Origin: Verrucomicrobiales bacterium
GTDB taxonomy: Bacteria > Verrucomicrobiota > Verrucomicrobiia > Verrucomicrobiales > DEV007
Direction of reading: 5' to 3'
DNA length: 50,188 nucleotides
Assembly: GCA_017991025.1 (NCBI GenBank)
Contig: JAGNMT010000001.1
Span: forward strand, 1-50,188
Positions 1-9,225 of this stretch are shown piece by piece. The position numbers and the translations under genes are program-made. The notes beneath the pieces were generated by a model. The model had not been told where the DNA came from and did not search any database. It saw only the letters and a list, made by a program, of their open reading frames with translations. Every line of letters starts with the position of its first letter. Within the stretch, counting starts at the first letter, position 1.

Positions 1-53
1 GCAGCGGGCCGTTGCGTGGATACATTCCCAACCCGCCTCTTGCGGCCCTATGG

Positions 54-126
54 GCCAACTTAGCTCAGTTGGTAGAGCAGCTGATTTGTAATCAGCCGGT
101 CGTCGGTTCGAGTCCGACAGTTGGCT
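54..126 (+). tRNA. tRNA-Thr (anticodon TGT), CCA not encoded
   Basis: Acceptor stem GCCAACT/AGTTGGC, D-arm TAGCTCAGTTGGTAGAGC, anticodon arm CTGAT-TTGTAAT-CAG, T-loop GGTTCGAGTCC. Confidence 0.97.
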
Positions 127-177
127 TTCTTATTTTCAACGAGTTACGGAGAATCGCAAGCAGGGGCTGGAGACCTT

Positions 178-198
178 GTAACGATTAAGTAACGATTA
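178..198 (+). repeat. Tandem direct repeat GTAACGATTA x2 (candidate integrase arm-type sites)
   Basis: GTAACGATTA at 178-187 and 189-198, between the tRNA 3' end and the integrase start. Confidence 0.6.
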
Positions 199-237
199 GG
201 AATTGATTTTTCCGAAGTTCTCTGATTTCCTGAGGGC

Positions 238-1542
238 ATGAAGCCGCCCCGGAAAACGGACAATTTGGGCGCTCGGATCGGGAATCGCGTCTCGATCCGG
301 AAGCTCGAGAGGCTCCTTGAGGATGGAACCAAAGTGCAGACTCACGCCCGCTACCGATGGCGGGCCAATTACGTCGAGGGCGGTCAGCGCAAACAGAAAT
401 ACTTCAAGACGAGGAACGAGGCCGACGAGTGGGCGGCGGACCGCGAGAAGGTGGCCCTGGTCCACGGAACGGATCTCGCCATCTCCCCGGCGGAGCGAGC
501 AACGATCAACGACACGCGGGAGGCTCTCGCCGAAGTCGGATTGACCCTGCGGGAAGCGGTCGAGTTCGCGATCGAACATCAGCGAAAGGTCCTCGCGTCC
601 TGCACCGTCTCCGAGATGATCGCCGACTCGCTGGCAGTGCGGAGGCGATCGGGGCTCTCAAGTCGTCACATCCGGGACATGCAGGGAAAGCTGGGCCGCT
701 TCCAGGAGGTGTTTGGGAAACGTTCGGTCGCCACCATCAACCGGAAGGAGGTCGAGGACTGGTTGCATGGCTTGAAGCTCGCTCCGGCTTCGGTGAACTC
801 CTACAGGAGGATTCTCGTGGTGGCCTTCAACGATGCGAAGCGCAACGGTTACCTCGACCAGAATCCCGCCGAGCTGGTGCGGCAGGCGAAAGTGATCGAG
901 ACCGAGGTCGGGATCCTCACGCCTCGTGAGGCCGCCATTCTTCTCACGGGTGCCGATGACGAGATCCGCCCCGTCATCGCTCTCGGTCTCTTCGCCGGCC
1001 TGCGGAATTCTGAACTGGAACGACTGAACTGGTCCGAAGTCCACCTCGACCTGGGGAACGTGCGGGTCCTGGCCGCCAACGCCAAGAGCGCCCGCCACCG
1101 GATCGTGCCCATCCCGGAGAATCTGGCGGCCTGGCTGAAGACGAGCAAGCGCCGCTCCGGCAGCGTTTGGCCCGAGAGCCATCAACGTGGTCGCAAGAAG
1201 ATGGAAGCCGCCCATCGCGCGGCCGGGTTCGGAACCACTGACGAAGTCCGGAAGTATGAGGCGAAGGTCAAGAAACTGATCGAAAGCGGCGACGAGGCAG
1301 CCGCCAAGGCGCTGCCAAAACTCCGGAAGTGGCCTGGCAACGCCCTCCGCCATTCCTACGGGACCTACCACCTCGCCCATCACGAGAACGCAGCCGCCCT
1401 CGCCCTGCACCTCGGCCACACGAACACCAACCTCATCTTCGCCCACTACCGGCTTCCGGTGACGAAGGAAGTGGCGGCAGGCTACTGGACAATCACGCCG
1501 GAGAATGCAGGAGAGATCGCAAAGGGGAAACCGTCGGAGTGA
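238..1542 (+). CDS. int: Tyrosine recombinase/integrase
   Basis: Catalytic motifs GLRNSE (R), AKS (K), NALRHS, LGH, AHY; SAM-like core-binding region; adjacent to tRNA. Confidence 0.93.
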   Translation: MKPPRKTDNLGARIGNRVSIRKLERLLEDGTKVQTHARYRWRANYVEGGQRKQKYFKTRNEADEWAADREKVALVHGTDLAISPAERATINDTREALAEVGLTLREAVEFAIEHQRKVLASCTVSEMIADSLAVRRRSGLSSRHIRDMQGKLGRFQEVFGKRSVATINRKEVEDWLHGLKLAPASVNSYRRILVVAFNDAKRNGYLDQNPAELVRQAKVIETEVGILTPREAAILLTGADDEIRPVIALGLFAGLRNSELERLNWSEVHLDLGNVRVLAANAKSARHRIVPIPENLAAWLKTSKRRSGSVWPESHQRGRKKMEAAHRAAGFGTTDEVRKYEAKVKKLIESGDEAAAKALPKLRKWPGNALRHSYGTYHLAHHENAAALALHLGHTNTNLIFAHYRLPVTKEVAAGYWTITPENAGEIAKGKPSE

Positions 1543-1572
1543 CCCAAAGACCGGTTCTGGATTCGTGGTAGA

Positions 1573-2292
1573 TCACTCGCCCACTTTGAACCGCAGCGCC
1601 GCATGATCCGAGATCGGAGATTTGGACTTCTCCCCGGCGAGGTGGCGGTCTCCGATGCGGGTGAGGTATTCTACCTCGGTGACCACCACGCCGGGGGTGT
1701 GGACGACGTGGTCGATCTTGTAGCCTTTGCCGGAGTGGGAGAGGTAGCTCCAGTCGCCAGTGGGATTCGGGACTTGGTAGCCGGAGGCGAATGGAAAGGA
1801 GCACCGTATAGCACCCTCCTGCTTCGCCTTCACGAAGGGGTCGAAGTTGATGTCCCCGGCAAAGAGGATGGAGGGGTTCCTGACTGAATCCATGATCTGA
1901 CCCAACTCCGCCCAGTAGGCCTTGCGGTCGGCGGCCTTCTCGTAGGCCGGGGCACGCAAGCCGACCATCTCGAAGGGGAAATCCCTGAACTTGAGGTGGA
2001 GGAAGTTCGAGATCGCCGACCCGTCGAACTGCGGTGGTCGGAGGTCTCCGACGTCGAAGGCGTGCTTCGACGCGGCAAAGATCTGGTTGTGCCGTGCTGG
2101 CGTCGCCGAGACGGCCTGATGGCGAAAGCCAGCCTCCCGCATCGCCGCCTTGAAAGGTTCTCGGCTCGGGTCGTCCACGTATTCATTGAAGAGGACCGTC
2201 TCCGCTTCGAGGGACAGGATCACTTCGACGAGATCGTCAGGGATGGGACGGACCTTAATTTGGTGGGCGAGGTTCCAGGCAATGGTAATCAT
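1573..2292 (-). CDS. Endonuclease/exonuclease/phosphatase (EEP) family protein
   Basis: EEP motifs in order: IAWN, FNEY, AGDIN, IDH, C-terminal SDH. Confidence 0.85.
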   Translation of the reverse strand: MITIAWNLAHQIKVRPIPDDLVEVILSLEAETVLFNEYVDDPSREPFKAAMREAGFRHQAVSATPARHNQIFAASKHAFDVGDLRPPQFDGSAISNFLHLKFRDFPFEMVGLRAPAYEKAADRKAYWAELGQIMDSVRNPSILFAGDINFDPFVKAKQEGAIRCSFPFASGYQVPNPTGDWSYLSHSGKGYKIDHVVHTPGVVVTEVEYLTRIGDRHLAGEKSKSPISDHAALRFKVGE

Positions 2293-2358
2293 AGCTCGGG
2301 GAAGGTGAGAGACCGATGTCCTAGAACATCCTCGCTGCTTTTGTCTCGTGATAAGTTC

Positions 2359-3267
2359 TCAGGAAATCAGCTTGAGCTTCTTGGCAATGGGACGGATCTC
2401 GTGAAACTCGATTGGACTGCCAGCCCCTAAAGCACTTTGAAACGCCGCGTCCTGTCCATCCGCGAGGACCAGTGCGTGGACTTTGCGCTTTCCTGAGACG
2501 TGCTTTCTTATCCAGCCGAGATAAGAACAGATCTGGCCATAGGTATCCCTCTTCGCTTTCACCGTCTTTAATTCCAGAAGGACAAAGTCTTGTGTTTTCC
2601 GGTCGACGCAGAGGAGATCCATCCGGCCCCCGGCTTCGGGACAGGGAAGTTGACGCCCTTTTACACCATCGGGTGAGGTCCAGATCTTCAAGTCCCGCCC
2701 TAGAGCGCGCCCCACGGTTTTCAAGTTTTTCGCAAACGCGCTTTCGATCACAGATTCTAGAGGCAACTCGGTGGTAGGTCGGGATTTCTTGAGAATGGTG
2801 GAGACTGACGGAGGGAGTCGTCCATCCATAAGGCGCCACAGTGCCATAGAGTCCTGCGAGCTGACCCGGAAGAAGGAGCGCTGCATTCTACCCCGCAGCG
2901 CCGAAAAATTTTCCAGATCCGGGCAATCCCTCATTTCTTGAATCGAAATCGGGGGTGTGATCCGGGCAAGCACCTCAAACTCCGCCATGTAATTCCACTT
3001 TCCCCGAGTTCCTGTCTTAGGCCGCCACTTCTCATTAATCATCGCCGGTCCCACTGTGCGCAGCAGGTAGGCGATGTCCTTCTTCGGCGTAGTGCGGTAA
3101 AGGATCACGAGCTGACCGGGTTCCGTGTCCGGATGACAGGTGCCAACGCAGCGGGATTTCCGTCCGGGAAGGAGAAGGCGAGTCTCTTTTCCGTCTGCGT
3201 CGAGGTAGAAGTCCGGCTTCCAGATCCAGATCCATTCGAGGGGCGCTTGGGGCTTCTTCGTTGGCAT
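2359..3267 (-). CDS. EVE/PUA-like domain fused to a NucS-like PD-(D/E)xK nuclease (putative modification-dependent restriction enzyme)
   Basis: N-terminal EVE-like pattern (PGQLVILYRT...PISIQEMR...MQRSFFRVS); C-terminal GRMDLL...LLELK...GQICSYLGW. Start set at MPTKK (3267) because the longer ORF overlaps mcrB. Confidence 0.75.
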   Translation of the reverse strand: MPTKKPQAPLEWIWIWKPDFYLDADGKETRLLLPGRKSRCVGTCHPDTEPGQLVILYRTTPKKDIAYLLRTVGPAMINEKWRPKTGTRGKWNYMAEFEVLARITPPISIQEMRDCPDLENFSALRGRMQRSFFRVSSQDSMALWRLMDGRLPPSVSTILKKSRPTTELPLESVIESAFAKNLKTVGRALGRDLKIWTSPDGVKGRQLPCPEAGGRMDLLCVDRKTQDFVLLELKTVKAKRDTYGQICSYLGWIRKHVSGKRKVHALVLADGQDAAFQSALGAGSPIEFHEIRPIAKKLKLIS

Positions 3268-3462
3268 ATGACTTTCAGAGCCCAAAGAAGCAAGATGAGC
3301 GTTGCGTGTCAATACTCTTCGGGTAATGCATTGATAGCTTCGGACGGATTCAATCTCCAAAAGCAAGCGCTCAGATCCAATGCCGGCCACATACCTTTGA
3401 CCTGCTAACGACAGAAATCGGAGGGTGACTTTCGCTGGGGCATACCGTATCACGGAGGCGTC

Positions 3463-6108
3463 ATGTTCACCTGGATTCCCATTCACGAAGAAGCTGCCAA
3501 GCAACTGCTTGAGTTCAAGGACCGAAATCACGAGTTGGTCCAGATTCTCGGGCGGATGCACGAGGCTGGGCTCAAAGCCACCCCGATCACCGACCGCGGC
3601 AGCGATGGCTCGGAGTTTCCACTGAAGGAGATCGATCCATTTACCTTCCTGGGCAGTTTCAACCGGGGGGTCACGGATGAGAATCGCCGCGCCCTCTGGA
3701 AGGCTCTGAAGTCGGAATGGAATCTCGAGGCCCCTATTCCAGATGACTTCGACGGCATCCCCTTGGCGAATTCGCAGAACTCCTGGCTGATGCCTTTCGC
3801 CAAGGAGCGATCAGCCGGGCATGTCCAGCTCCTGTGGCAGTTCTTCGAGCACATCATGTCCGCGACGCCGGAGACACTCGACACGGATCTGATGAAGCAG
3901 TGTCTCGAACTCCACAAGGTCGGCTTTGCCACTCTCACGATGGGGATGTTCTGGGCGTGCCCGCAGAAATGGATTTCGGCCGACGCGAAGAACCTTGGGT
4001 TTTCGGAGACCAGGGGCCTTCCGGAACCACCTAAGACGGCGGCAGGATACGCCGTGTGGCTTCCGAAAGCGTTGTCCATGGTTAATGGAGACATCGTGGA
4101 ATTCTCACGAGAAGCCCATCTCTGGGCGACGGGTGCCGAAAAACCTCAATTCGGACCGCCTTTCGACAAGCTCTTTCCCGACCACGAACCTGACCGCGCC
4201 TTAGACTACTTCGCCAAGGTCCTCTTGGTGCTGAGGGACGAAGCCGAAAATCCCGAGGAGCTTCTATCAATGACTCTTCGCAAGCGGGGAGGCGGGGCGT
4301 TGCAGATTCGCATCAATATCTGGTGGTGGGCAGTCGCCACGATTTCGGTGAAGCCCGGACGACGGCGCATCGAGTTTCTCGTTCCTTTCGATCATCCGGA
4401 ATCCGTGCGCTACCGGAACGCGGAAAAAGAAGCCGGGCGGAAGGAACCCAAAGCGTTTTCGCAGTTGATAGACGGAGTCAGCTACGGCCTCCCGGACCTC
4501 GATGAGGCAGAATTCTTTGATCGGTTCGATGAACTTTGGCCTTCAATCAAGACTTCTCTGTCGGCCTTGTCGCGTTACTGTTCTGGAAAGCGGTCACCTT
4601 GGTTGGCGAACCATCGTCAGGAATTGGAGGCCCTTTGTTTGGATCCGGATCGGAGGACGGAGCTTCTCGAAGCCGGGCTTTCGTTCCACGCTAAGTCCGA
4701 CCCACACCCGACGGAGAATCGACGGTATTGGCTCATTGCTCCCGGGGAGGGTGCACGAAAATGGGAAGAATGGACCGAACAGAACATCGCGGCTCTTGGA
4801 TGGGATGAAATCGGCGACCTTTGTGCCTTCGCGACAAAGGCAGAAATCCAGCAGGCTTTGGAATCGGCCTATCCCAGTGACAAGTCCAAGGTGCAAGTGG
4901 CTCACATGCTCTGGAATTTTTCGCGGATCATGAAAACGGGAGACGTGGTTTTCGCTAAGTTGGGTAAGTCGGAAGTCATTGGTTGGGGAGTGGTTGAGGG
5001 GCCGTTCTCTTACAATCCAGAGCTCGAAGAACACGTGAATGTAGTCCCTGTGAGTTGGGAGGAGAAAAAGGCGTTCAAGCACCCAGAGCGGAATCGATTG
5101 CCCACAAAAACTCTGACCGACATCACCGACGACCGAGAGCTTCTCAAAATACTTGCCGGCGCCTATCCTGGGGTTCCCGGCCTTGAATCGGCGGAGGAGG
5201 ACATAGAGGACCCGGTGCCCGAACTTGAGGAAGGCCCACCCGCCTACGGCATCGAAGACGCCCTTTCGGAACTTTTCATGTCTCGCGACGCACTGACTCA
5301 CATCCTCGAGCAGCTCAGGCGGAAGAAGAATATCATCCTGCAGGGTGCCCCCGGTGTGGGGAAAACCTTCATCGCGAAGCGTCTGGCCTGGCTTCAGCTG
5401 GGAGTTCGTGACGAGTCCGCCGTCGAGATGGTACAGTTCCATCAGTCCTACACCTACGAGGATTTCGTCCAAGGCCTGCGACCGACGAAGGACGGCCACT
5501 TCGCAGTGAACGACGGCTGCTTCTACCGGCTTTGCCGCAAAGCTCTCGCCAACCCGGGGCAGGAATATTTCCTCGTCGTCGATGAGATCAATCGAGGCAA
5601 CCTCAGCAAGATTCTCGGCGAGCTCATGATGCTGATCGAGACCGACAAGCGCGGGCAAGAGATGACCCTCGCCTACAGCGAAGAGCGATTCACGGTACCT
5701 GAAAACCTCTACCTGATCGGCACGATGAACACCGCCGATCGGTCCCTCTCGTTGGTCGACTACGCCCTGCGTCGCCGATTCGCTTTCCTCACGCTCGATC
5801 CAGGCTTCGAGACAGAGGCCTTCGCATTTCACCTTGGCGGCCACGGCATCACCCCTCACCAGATTCAGCACATCCGGGAGCAGATGGCGGCACTCAATCA
5901 CGAGATTTCCAAAGACGAAGCCAACCTCGGGACCGGCTACCGGATCGGGCACAGCTTCTTCACCCCGGTGGGACCGGTTACGGATTTTCGGAAGTGGTTT
6001 CAGGCCATCGTCCGCTACGAGATCCTGCCGCTGTTGGAAGAATACTGGATCGACGATCCCAAAACGGTCCAGCAGTTCCGTCTCGCCCTTATCGAGAGTA
6101 TGCCCTGA
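3463..6108 (+). CDS. mcrB: McrB-family AAA+ GTPase with multidomain N-terminus
   Basis: Walker A GAPGVGKT, QFHQSYTYEDF, Walker B VVDEINRG, McrB signature MNTADRS, ALRRRF; followed by mcrC. Confidence 0.93.
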   Translation: MFTWIPIHEEAAKQLLEFKDRNHELVQILGRMHEAGLKATPITDRGSDGSEFPLKEIDPFTFLGSFNRGVTDENRRALWKALKSEWNLEAPIPDDFDGIPLANSQNSWLMPFAKERSAGHVQLLWQFFEHIMSATPETLDTDLMKQCLELHKVGFATLTMGMFWACPQKWISADAKNLGFSETRGLPEPPKTAAGYAVWLPKALSMVNGDIVEFSREAHLWATGAEKPQFGPPFDKLFPDHEPDRALDYFAKVLLVLRDEAENPEELLSMTLRKRGGGALQIRINIWWWAVATISVKPGRRRIEFLVPFDHPESVRYRNAEKEAGRKEPKAFSQLIDGVSYGLPDLDEAEFFDRFDELWPSIKTSLSALSRYCSGKRSPWLANHRQELEALCLDPDRRTELLEAGLSFHAKSDPHPTENRRYWLIAPGEGARKWEEWTEQNIAALGWDEIGDLCAFATKAEIQQALESAYPSDKSKVQVAHMLWNFSRIMKTGDVVFAKLGKSEVIGWGVVEGPFSYNPELEEHVNVVPVSWEEKKAFKHPERNRLPTKTLTDITDDRELLKILAGAYPGVPGLESAEEDIEDPVPELEEGPPAYGIEDALSELFMSRDALTHILEQLRRKKNIILQGAPGVGKTFIAKRLAWLQLGVRDESAVEMVQFHQSYTYEDFVQGLRPTKDGHFAVNDGCFYRLCRKALANPGQEYFLVVDEINRGNLSKILGELMMLIETDKRGQEMTLAYSEERFTVPENLYLIGTMNTADRSLSLVDYALRRRFAFLTLDPGFETEAFAFHLGGHGITPHQIQHIREQMAALNHEISKDEANLGTGYRIGHSFFTPVGPVTDFRKWFQAIVRYEILPLLEEYWIDDPKTVQQFRLALIESMP

Positions 6109-7172
6109 TGGCTACCCTTATTCCCATCGCGAACCTTTATTACCTCCTCTCCTACGCCTGGGATCACCGGCTGAGTGAGGCGGAGATGGTGTCGGTCGAT
6201 GCCGACTCCTGCCCGGATCTGAACAATCTCTTCGCCAGGGTTCTCGCCGCCGCCACCCATCGGCTTCTTCGGGGAGGGCTTGATCGCAGTTACCTTTCAG
6301 TGGAGGAGGAGACACCCCGGATCCGAGGGCGCATCGATTTTTCCGCCAGCGAGAAGAATCAGACCCGCACCCGTGGCAAGCTTGTCTGCACCTACGACGA
6401 ACTCAGTCCGGATGTCCTTCACAATCGCATCGTCAAGGCGACGCTCCGACTTCTCCTGCGCGACACTGTCGTGAAGCTGGAAACTCGTAGGGCTCTCCGA
6501 AAAGCGCTTGATGGCTTTGCCGAGGTGGGGGATTTGCGGGTGACCGCGCATCACTTCCATCGGGTCCAGTTGCACCGCAACAATCGATCTTACCGTTTCC
6601 TGCTCCACCTTTGCGAACTCATCCACCGGTCACTGCTTCCCGAAAAGTCTGCCGCGGCAGCGAGGCGCTTCCGGGATTTCACCCGGGATGAGAAACTCAT
6701 GGCCAAGGTCTTCGAGGATTTCGTCCAGAACTTTGCCCGCCGGCATCTCAAGGGCGCGGTCGTTTCCGCGATGCACATTGACTGGCTCGCTTCGCACCTG
6801 GGTGAGGGGACTCGTGCCACGCTGCCCCGCATGATCACCGACGTCACCGTTTCCTGGCCTGATCGAAAGCTCATCCTCGACTGCAAATACTATCAGGAGG
6901 CTCTCGTCTCCCACTACGACGCCCTTCGCTTCCGTTCCGGCAACCTCTATCAGCTCAACGCTTACCTGACCAATAAGGCGGCGGAGCCCGGTTGGGAGGA
7001 GGTCGAGGGGATGCTCCTTTATCCGAGCAACGGGTATCATTTAGACCACCGGTTTACTCTTCACGGTCGTCACCGTGTCTCGATCCGCACAATCGACCTT
7101 CAACAGCCGTGGACCGAGGTCGAGGCGAATCTGTTGGAGCTGTTTTATCCTGAATCGTCATTCGCCCTCTAA
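6108..7172 (+). CDS. mcrC: McrC-family nuclease subunit
   Basis: IPIANLYYLLSYAW start, IRGRID, FEDFV, TDVTV...ILDCKYY, LYQLNAY, GMLLYP; TGATG overlap with mcrB. Confidence 0.92.
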   Translation: MATLIPIANLYYLLSYAWDHRLSEAEMVSVDADSCPDLNNLFARVLAAATHRLLRGGLDRSYLSVEEETPRIRGRIDFSASEKNQTRTRGKLVCTYDELSPDVLHNRIVKATLRLLLRDTVVKLETRRALRKALDGFAEVGDLRVTAHHFHRVQLHRNNRSYRFLLHLCELIHRSLLPEKSAAAARRFRDFTRDEKLMAKVFEDFVQNFARRHLKGAVVSAMHIDWLASHLGEGTRATLPRMITDVTVSWPDRKLILDCKYYQEALVSHYDALRFRSGNLYQLNAYLTNKAAEPGWEEVEGMLLYPSNGYHLDHRFTLHGRHRVSIRTIDLQQPWTEVEANLLELFYPESSFAL

Positions 7173-7364
7173 CGGAGCGGCCGGTTGCGATTGAGAGGTC
7201 GTGGCGATCTGGCCCAGGAGCATCGGTTCGACGGCAGGAACCAGGTCGTCTGAAGGGAACCGCCGTGGCGAGGTGATCCCGCCAGAGGACGTTGAATCGG
7301 CTGTTGCCCTTTTGGGGGCTACTGAGCTCGCTCGGCCGGAATGGTTTCATGCGCATTGGAGGCA

Positions 7365-7390
7365 AGTTGGCTTTTCCAACTACAGTTGGA
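7365..7390. promoter_or_regulatory. Interlocking inverted repeats (AGTTGG/CCAACT half-sites), candidate operator upstream of the HTH-hsd operon
   Basis: AGTTGG-CTTTT-CCAACT (7365-7381) overlaps the palindrome TCCAACT-AC-AGTTGGA (7375-7390). Confidence 0.35.
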
Positions 7391-7510
7391 GTGGGGTTGC
7401 CGGTGACTCGCTGGCCTCCCCCTGTAGCAGTCCCACTCGGGGCAGTTTTTGAGCTGGTGAGTGACATTCTCCTTGCCTGAACCCCTTCCATCTGGTTCCT
7501 ACAAGGCCGG

Positions 7511-7717
7511 ATGACTCGATCAGCGATATCAGGAACCGAGCTCACGGCTTGGCGGACAAGGATTGGCAAACCACGAAGGTGGCTCGCCGAGCGTCTCGGC
7601 GTTTCTCCCAAGACGGTCGAGTCATGGGATTACGGCACGCGGAACCCGGGCGGACCCGCGCTTCGGCTGTTCCGTCAGTTGATGGCCAGACACCTTCGGA
7701 AAGAGGCACACCAGTAA
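7511..7717 (+). CDS. Small XRE/Cro-like HTH regulator leading the Type I RM operon
   Basis: LAERLGVSPKTVESWDYGTRNP is a classic XRE HTH; stop 1 nt before hsdM. Confidence 0.8.
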   Translation: MTRSAISGTELTAWRTRIGKPRRWLAERLGVSPKTVESWDYGTRNPGGPALRLFRQLMARHLRKEAHQ

Positions 7718-7718
7718 A

Positions 7719-9212
7719 ATGGAATCCCTCACCCTTTCCCAACTCGAGTCCCATCTTTGGGAGGCCGCCAACATCCTCCGCGGGCCCGTTGATGCGGCCG
7801 ACTTCAAGACCTACGTCTTCCCTCTCCTTTTCTTCAAGCGACTCTCCGATGTCAATGACGAGGAGCACGCAGCGGCTCTGATCGAATTCGACGGCGATGA
7901 GGAGTCCGCGTTATTTTCTGAGAATTACAGCTTCCAGATTCCCGAGGGCTGCCATTGGCGGGACGTGAGGAAGGTCGCCACGAATGTCGGTCAGACGCTA
8001 CAGACCGCCTTGCGTGGAATCGAGCAGGCGAATCCCCACACCCTCTACGGCATCTTTGGAGACGCCCAGTGGACAAACAAGGACCGGCTCTCCGACGCGC
8101 TCCTGCGGGATCTCATCGAGCACTTCTCCCGGCTTTCGCTGGGCAACACCGACGCCAAGGCTGATGTGCTGGGGCAATCTTACGAATACCTCATCAAGAA
8201 ATTCGCCGACGCAACCAACAAGAAGGCTGGTGAGTTCTACACCCCGCGCTCGGTCGTGCGGTTGATGGTGGAGATCCTTGATCCACGGGCGGGCGAGTCC
8301 ATCTACGATCCCGCCTGCGGCACCGGCGGCATGTTGCTCGAGGCCATTCATCACGTGCAAGAGACCCGGGGCGATGTCCGCACGCTCTGGGGCAGGCTCT
8401 ACGGCCAGGAGAAAAACCTCACCACCTCCGCCATTGCCCGCATGAACCTCTTCCTGCATGGCGCGGCGGACTTCCAGATCGTGCGTGGCGACACCCTGCG
8501 CAGCCCCGCTTTCTTCCTCGGTGACAGCCTCGCGACCTTCGACTGTGTTATCGCCAATCCGCCCTTCTCGCTGGAGAAATGGGGCGACGAGGTCTGGTCC
8601 GCTGATCCCTACGGCCGCAACTTCGCCGGCATGCCGCCCGCCAAGACCGGCGACTTCGCCTGGGTGCAGCACATGATCAAATCCATGGCTCCGAAGACCG
8701 GGCGCATGGCAGTCGTCCTCCCGCACGGCGCCCTCTTCCGCATGGGCAAGGAGGGCGAGATCCGCAAGAAGCTTCTCGGCATGGACCTGCTCGAGGCCGT
8801 CATCGGGCTTGGCCCCAACCTCTTTTACGGCGCCGGCCTCGCCGCCTGCATCCTCATCTTCCGTCAGACGAAGGCCAAGGACCGTAGGGGTAAGGTGCTC
8901 ATCATCGATGCCTCGAAGGAGTTCAAAGCCGGTCGCGCCCAAAACGAACTGCTGCCCGAGCACGTCGAGCGCATCCACGGCTGGGTCCGAGATTATGTGG
9001 ATGTCGCGGGCGTTGCCCGCCTCGTCACCCTCGAAGAGATCGCCGCCAACGATCACAACCTCAACATTCCCCGGTATGTCGAGCCTGTAGTCACGAGCGA
9101 GGCGCTCTCCGTGGAAGAAGCGATGAAGCGCTTACAAGAGAGCGCTGACGCGGCGTTTGCGGCTGAGGAACGGCTGGCTTGTATCCTTAAACGGGAGGGC
9201 CTGCTAAGCTAA
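7719..9212 (+). CDS. hsdM: Type I RM methyltransferase M1 (NPPF, predicted m6A)
   Basis: HsdM N-terminus LWEAANILRG, GEFYTP, motif I YDPACGTGG, motif IV IANPPF, NLNIPRY. Confidence 0.96.
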   Translation: MESLTLSQLESHLWEAANILRGPVDAADFKTYVFPLLFFKRLSDVNDEEHAAALIEFDGDEESALFSENYSFQIPEGCHWRDVRKVATNVGQTLQTALRGIEQANPHTLYGIFGDAQWTNKDRLSDALLRDLIEHFSRLSLGNTDAKADVLGQSYEYLIKKFADATNKKAGEFYTPRSVVRLMVEILDPRAGESIYDPACGTGGMLLEAIHHVQETRGDVRTLWGRLYGQEKNLTTSAIARMNLFLHGAADFQIVRGDTLRSPAFFLGDSLATFDCVIANPPFSLEKWGDEVWSADPYGRNFAGMPPAKTGDFAWVQHMIKSMAPKTGRMAVVLPHGALFRMGKEGEIRKKLLGMDLLEAVIGLGPNLFYGAGLAACILIFRQTKAKDRRGKVLIIDASKEFKAGRAQNELLPEHVERIHGWVRDYVDVAGVARLVTLEEIAANDHNLNIPRYVEPVVTSEALSVEEAMKRLQESADAAFAAEERLACILKREGLLS

Positions 9213-9225
9213 GCATCTGACACTG

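Noticed and set aside
3268-3561. N-terminal extension of the 400-aa ORF 2359-3561
   Set aside because: Overlaps the divergent mcrB start and leaves no promoter space; MPTKK at 3267 is more plausible
3463-7172. Possible CoCoNuT-type McrBC variant
   Set aside because: No evident long coiled coil in McrB, McrC is of ordinary size, and there is no adjacent SF1 helicase
7365-7374. AGTTGGCTTT matches the tRNA 3' end region (119-128), a possible attR
   Set aside because: Only 10 bp with no T-arm similarity; better explained as chance or part of the local palindrome
7201-7480. Small ORFs between mcrC and the HTH gene
   Set aside because: Non-ATG starts and no motifs; likely regulatory spacer
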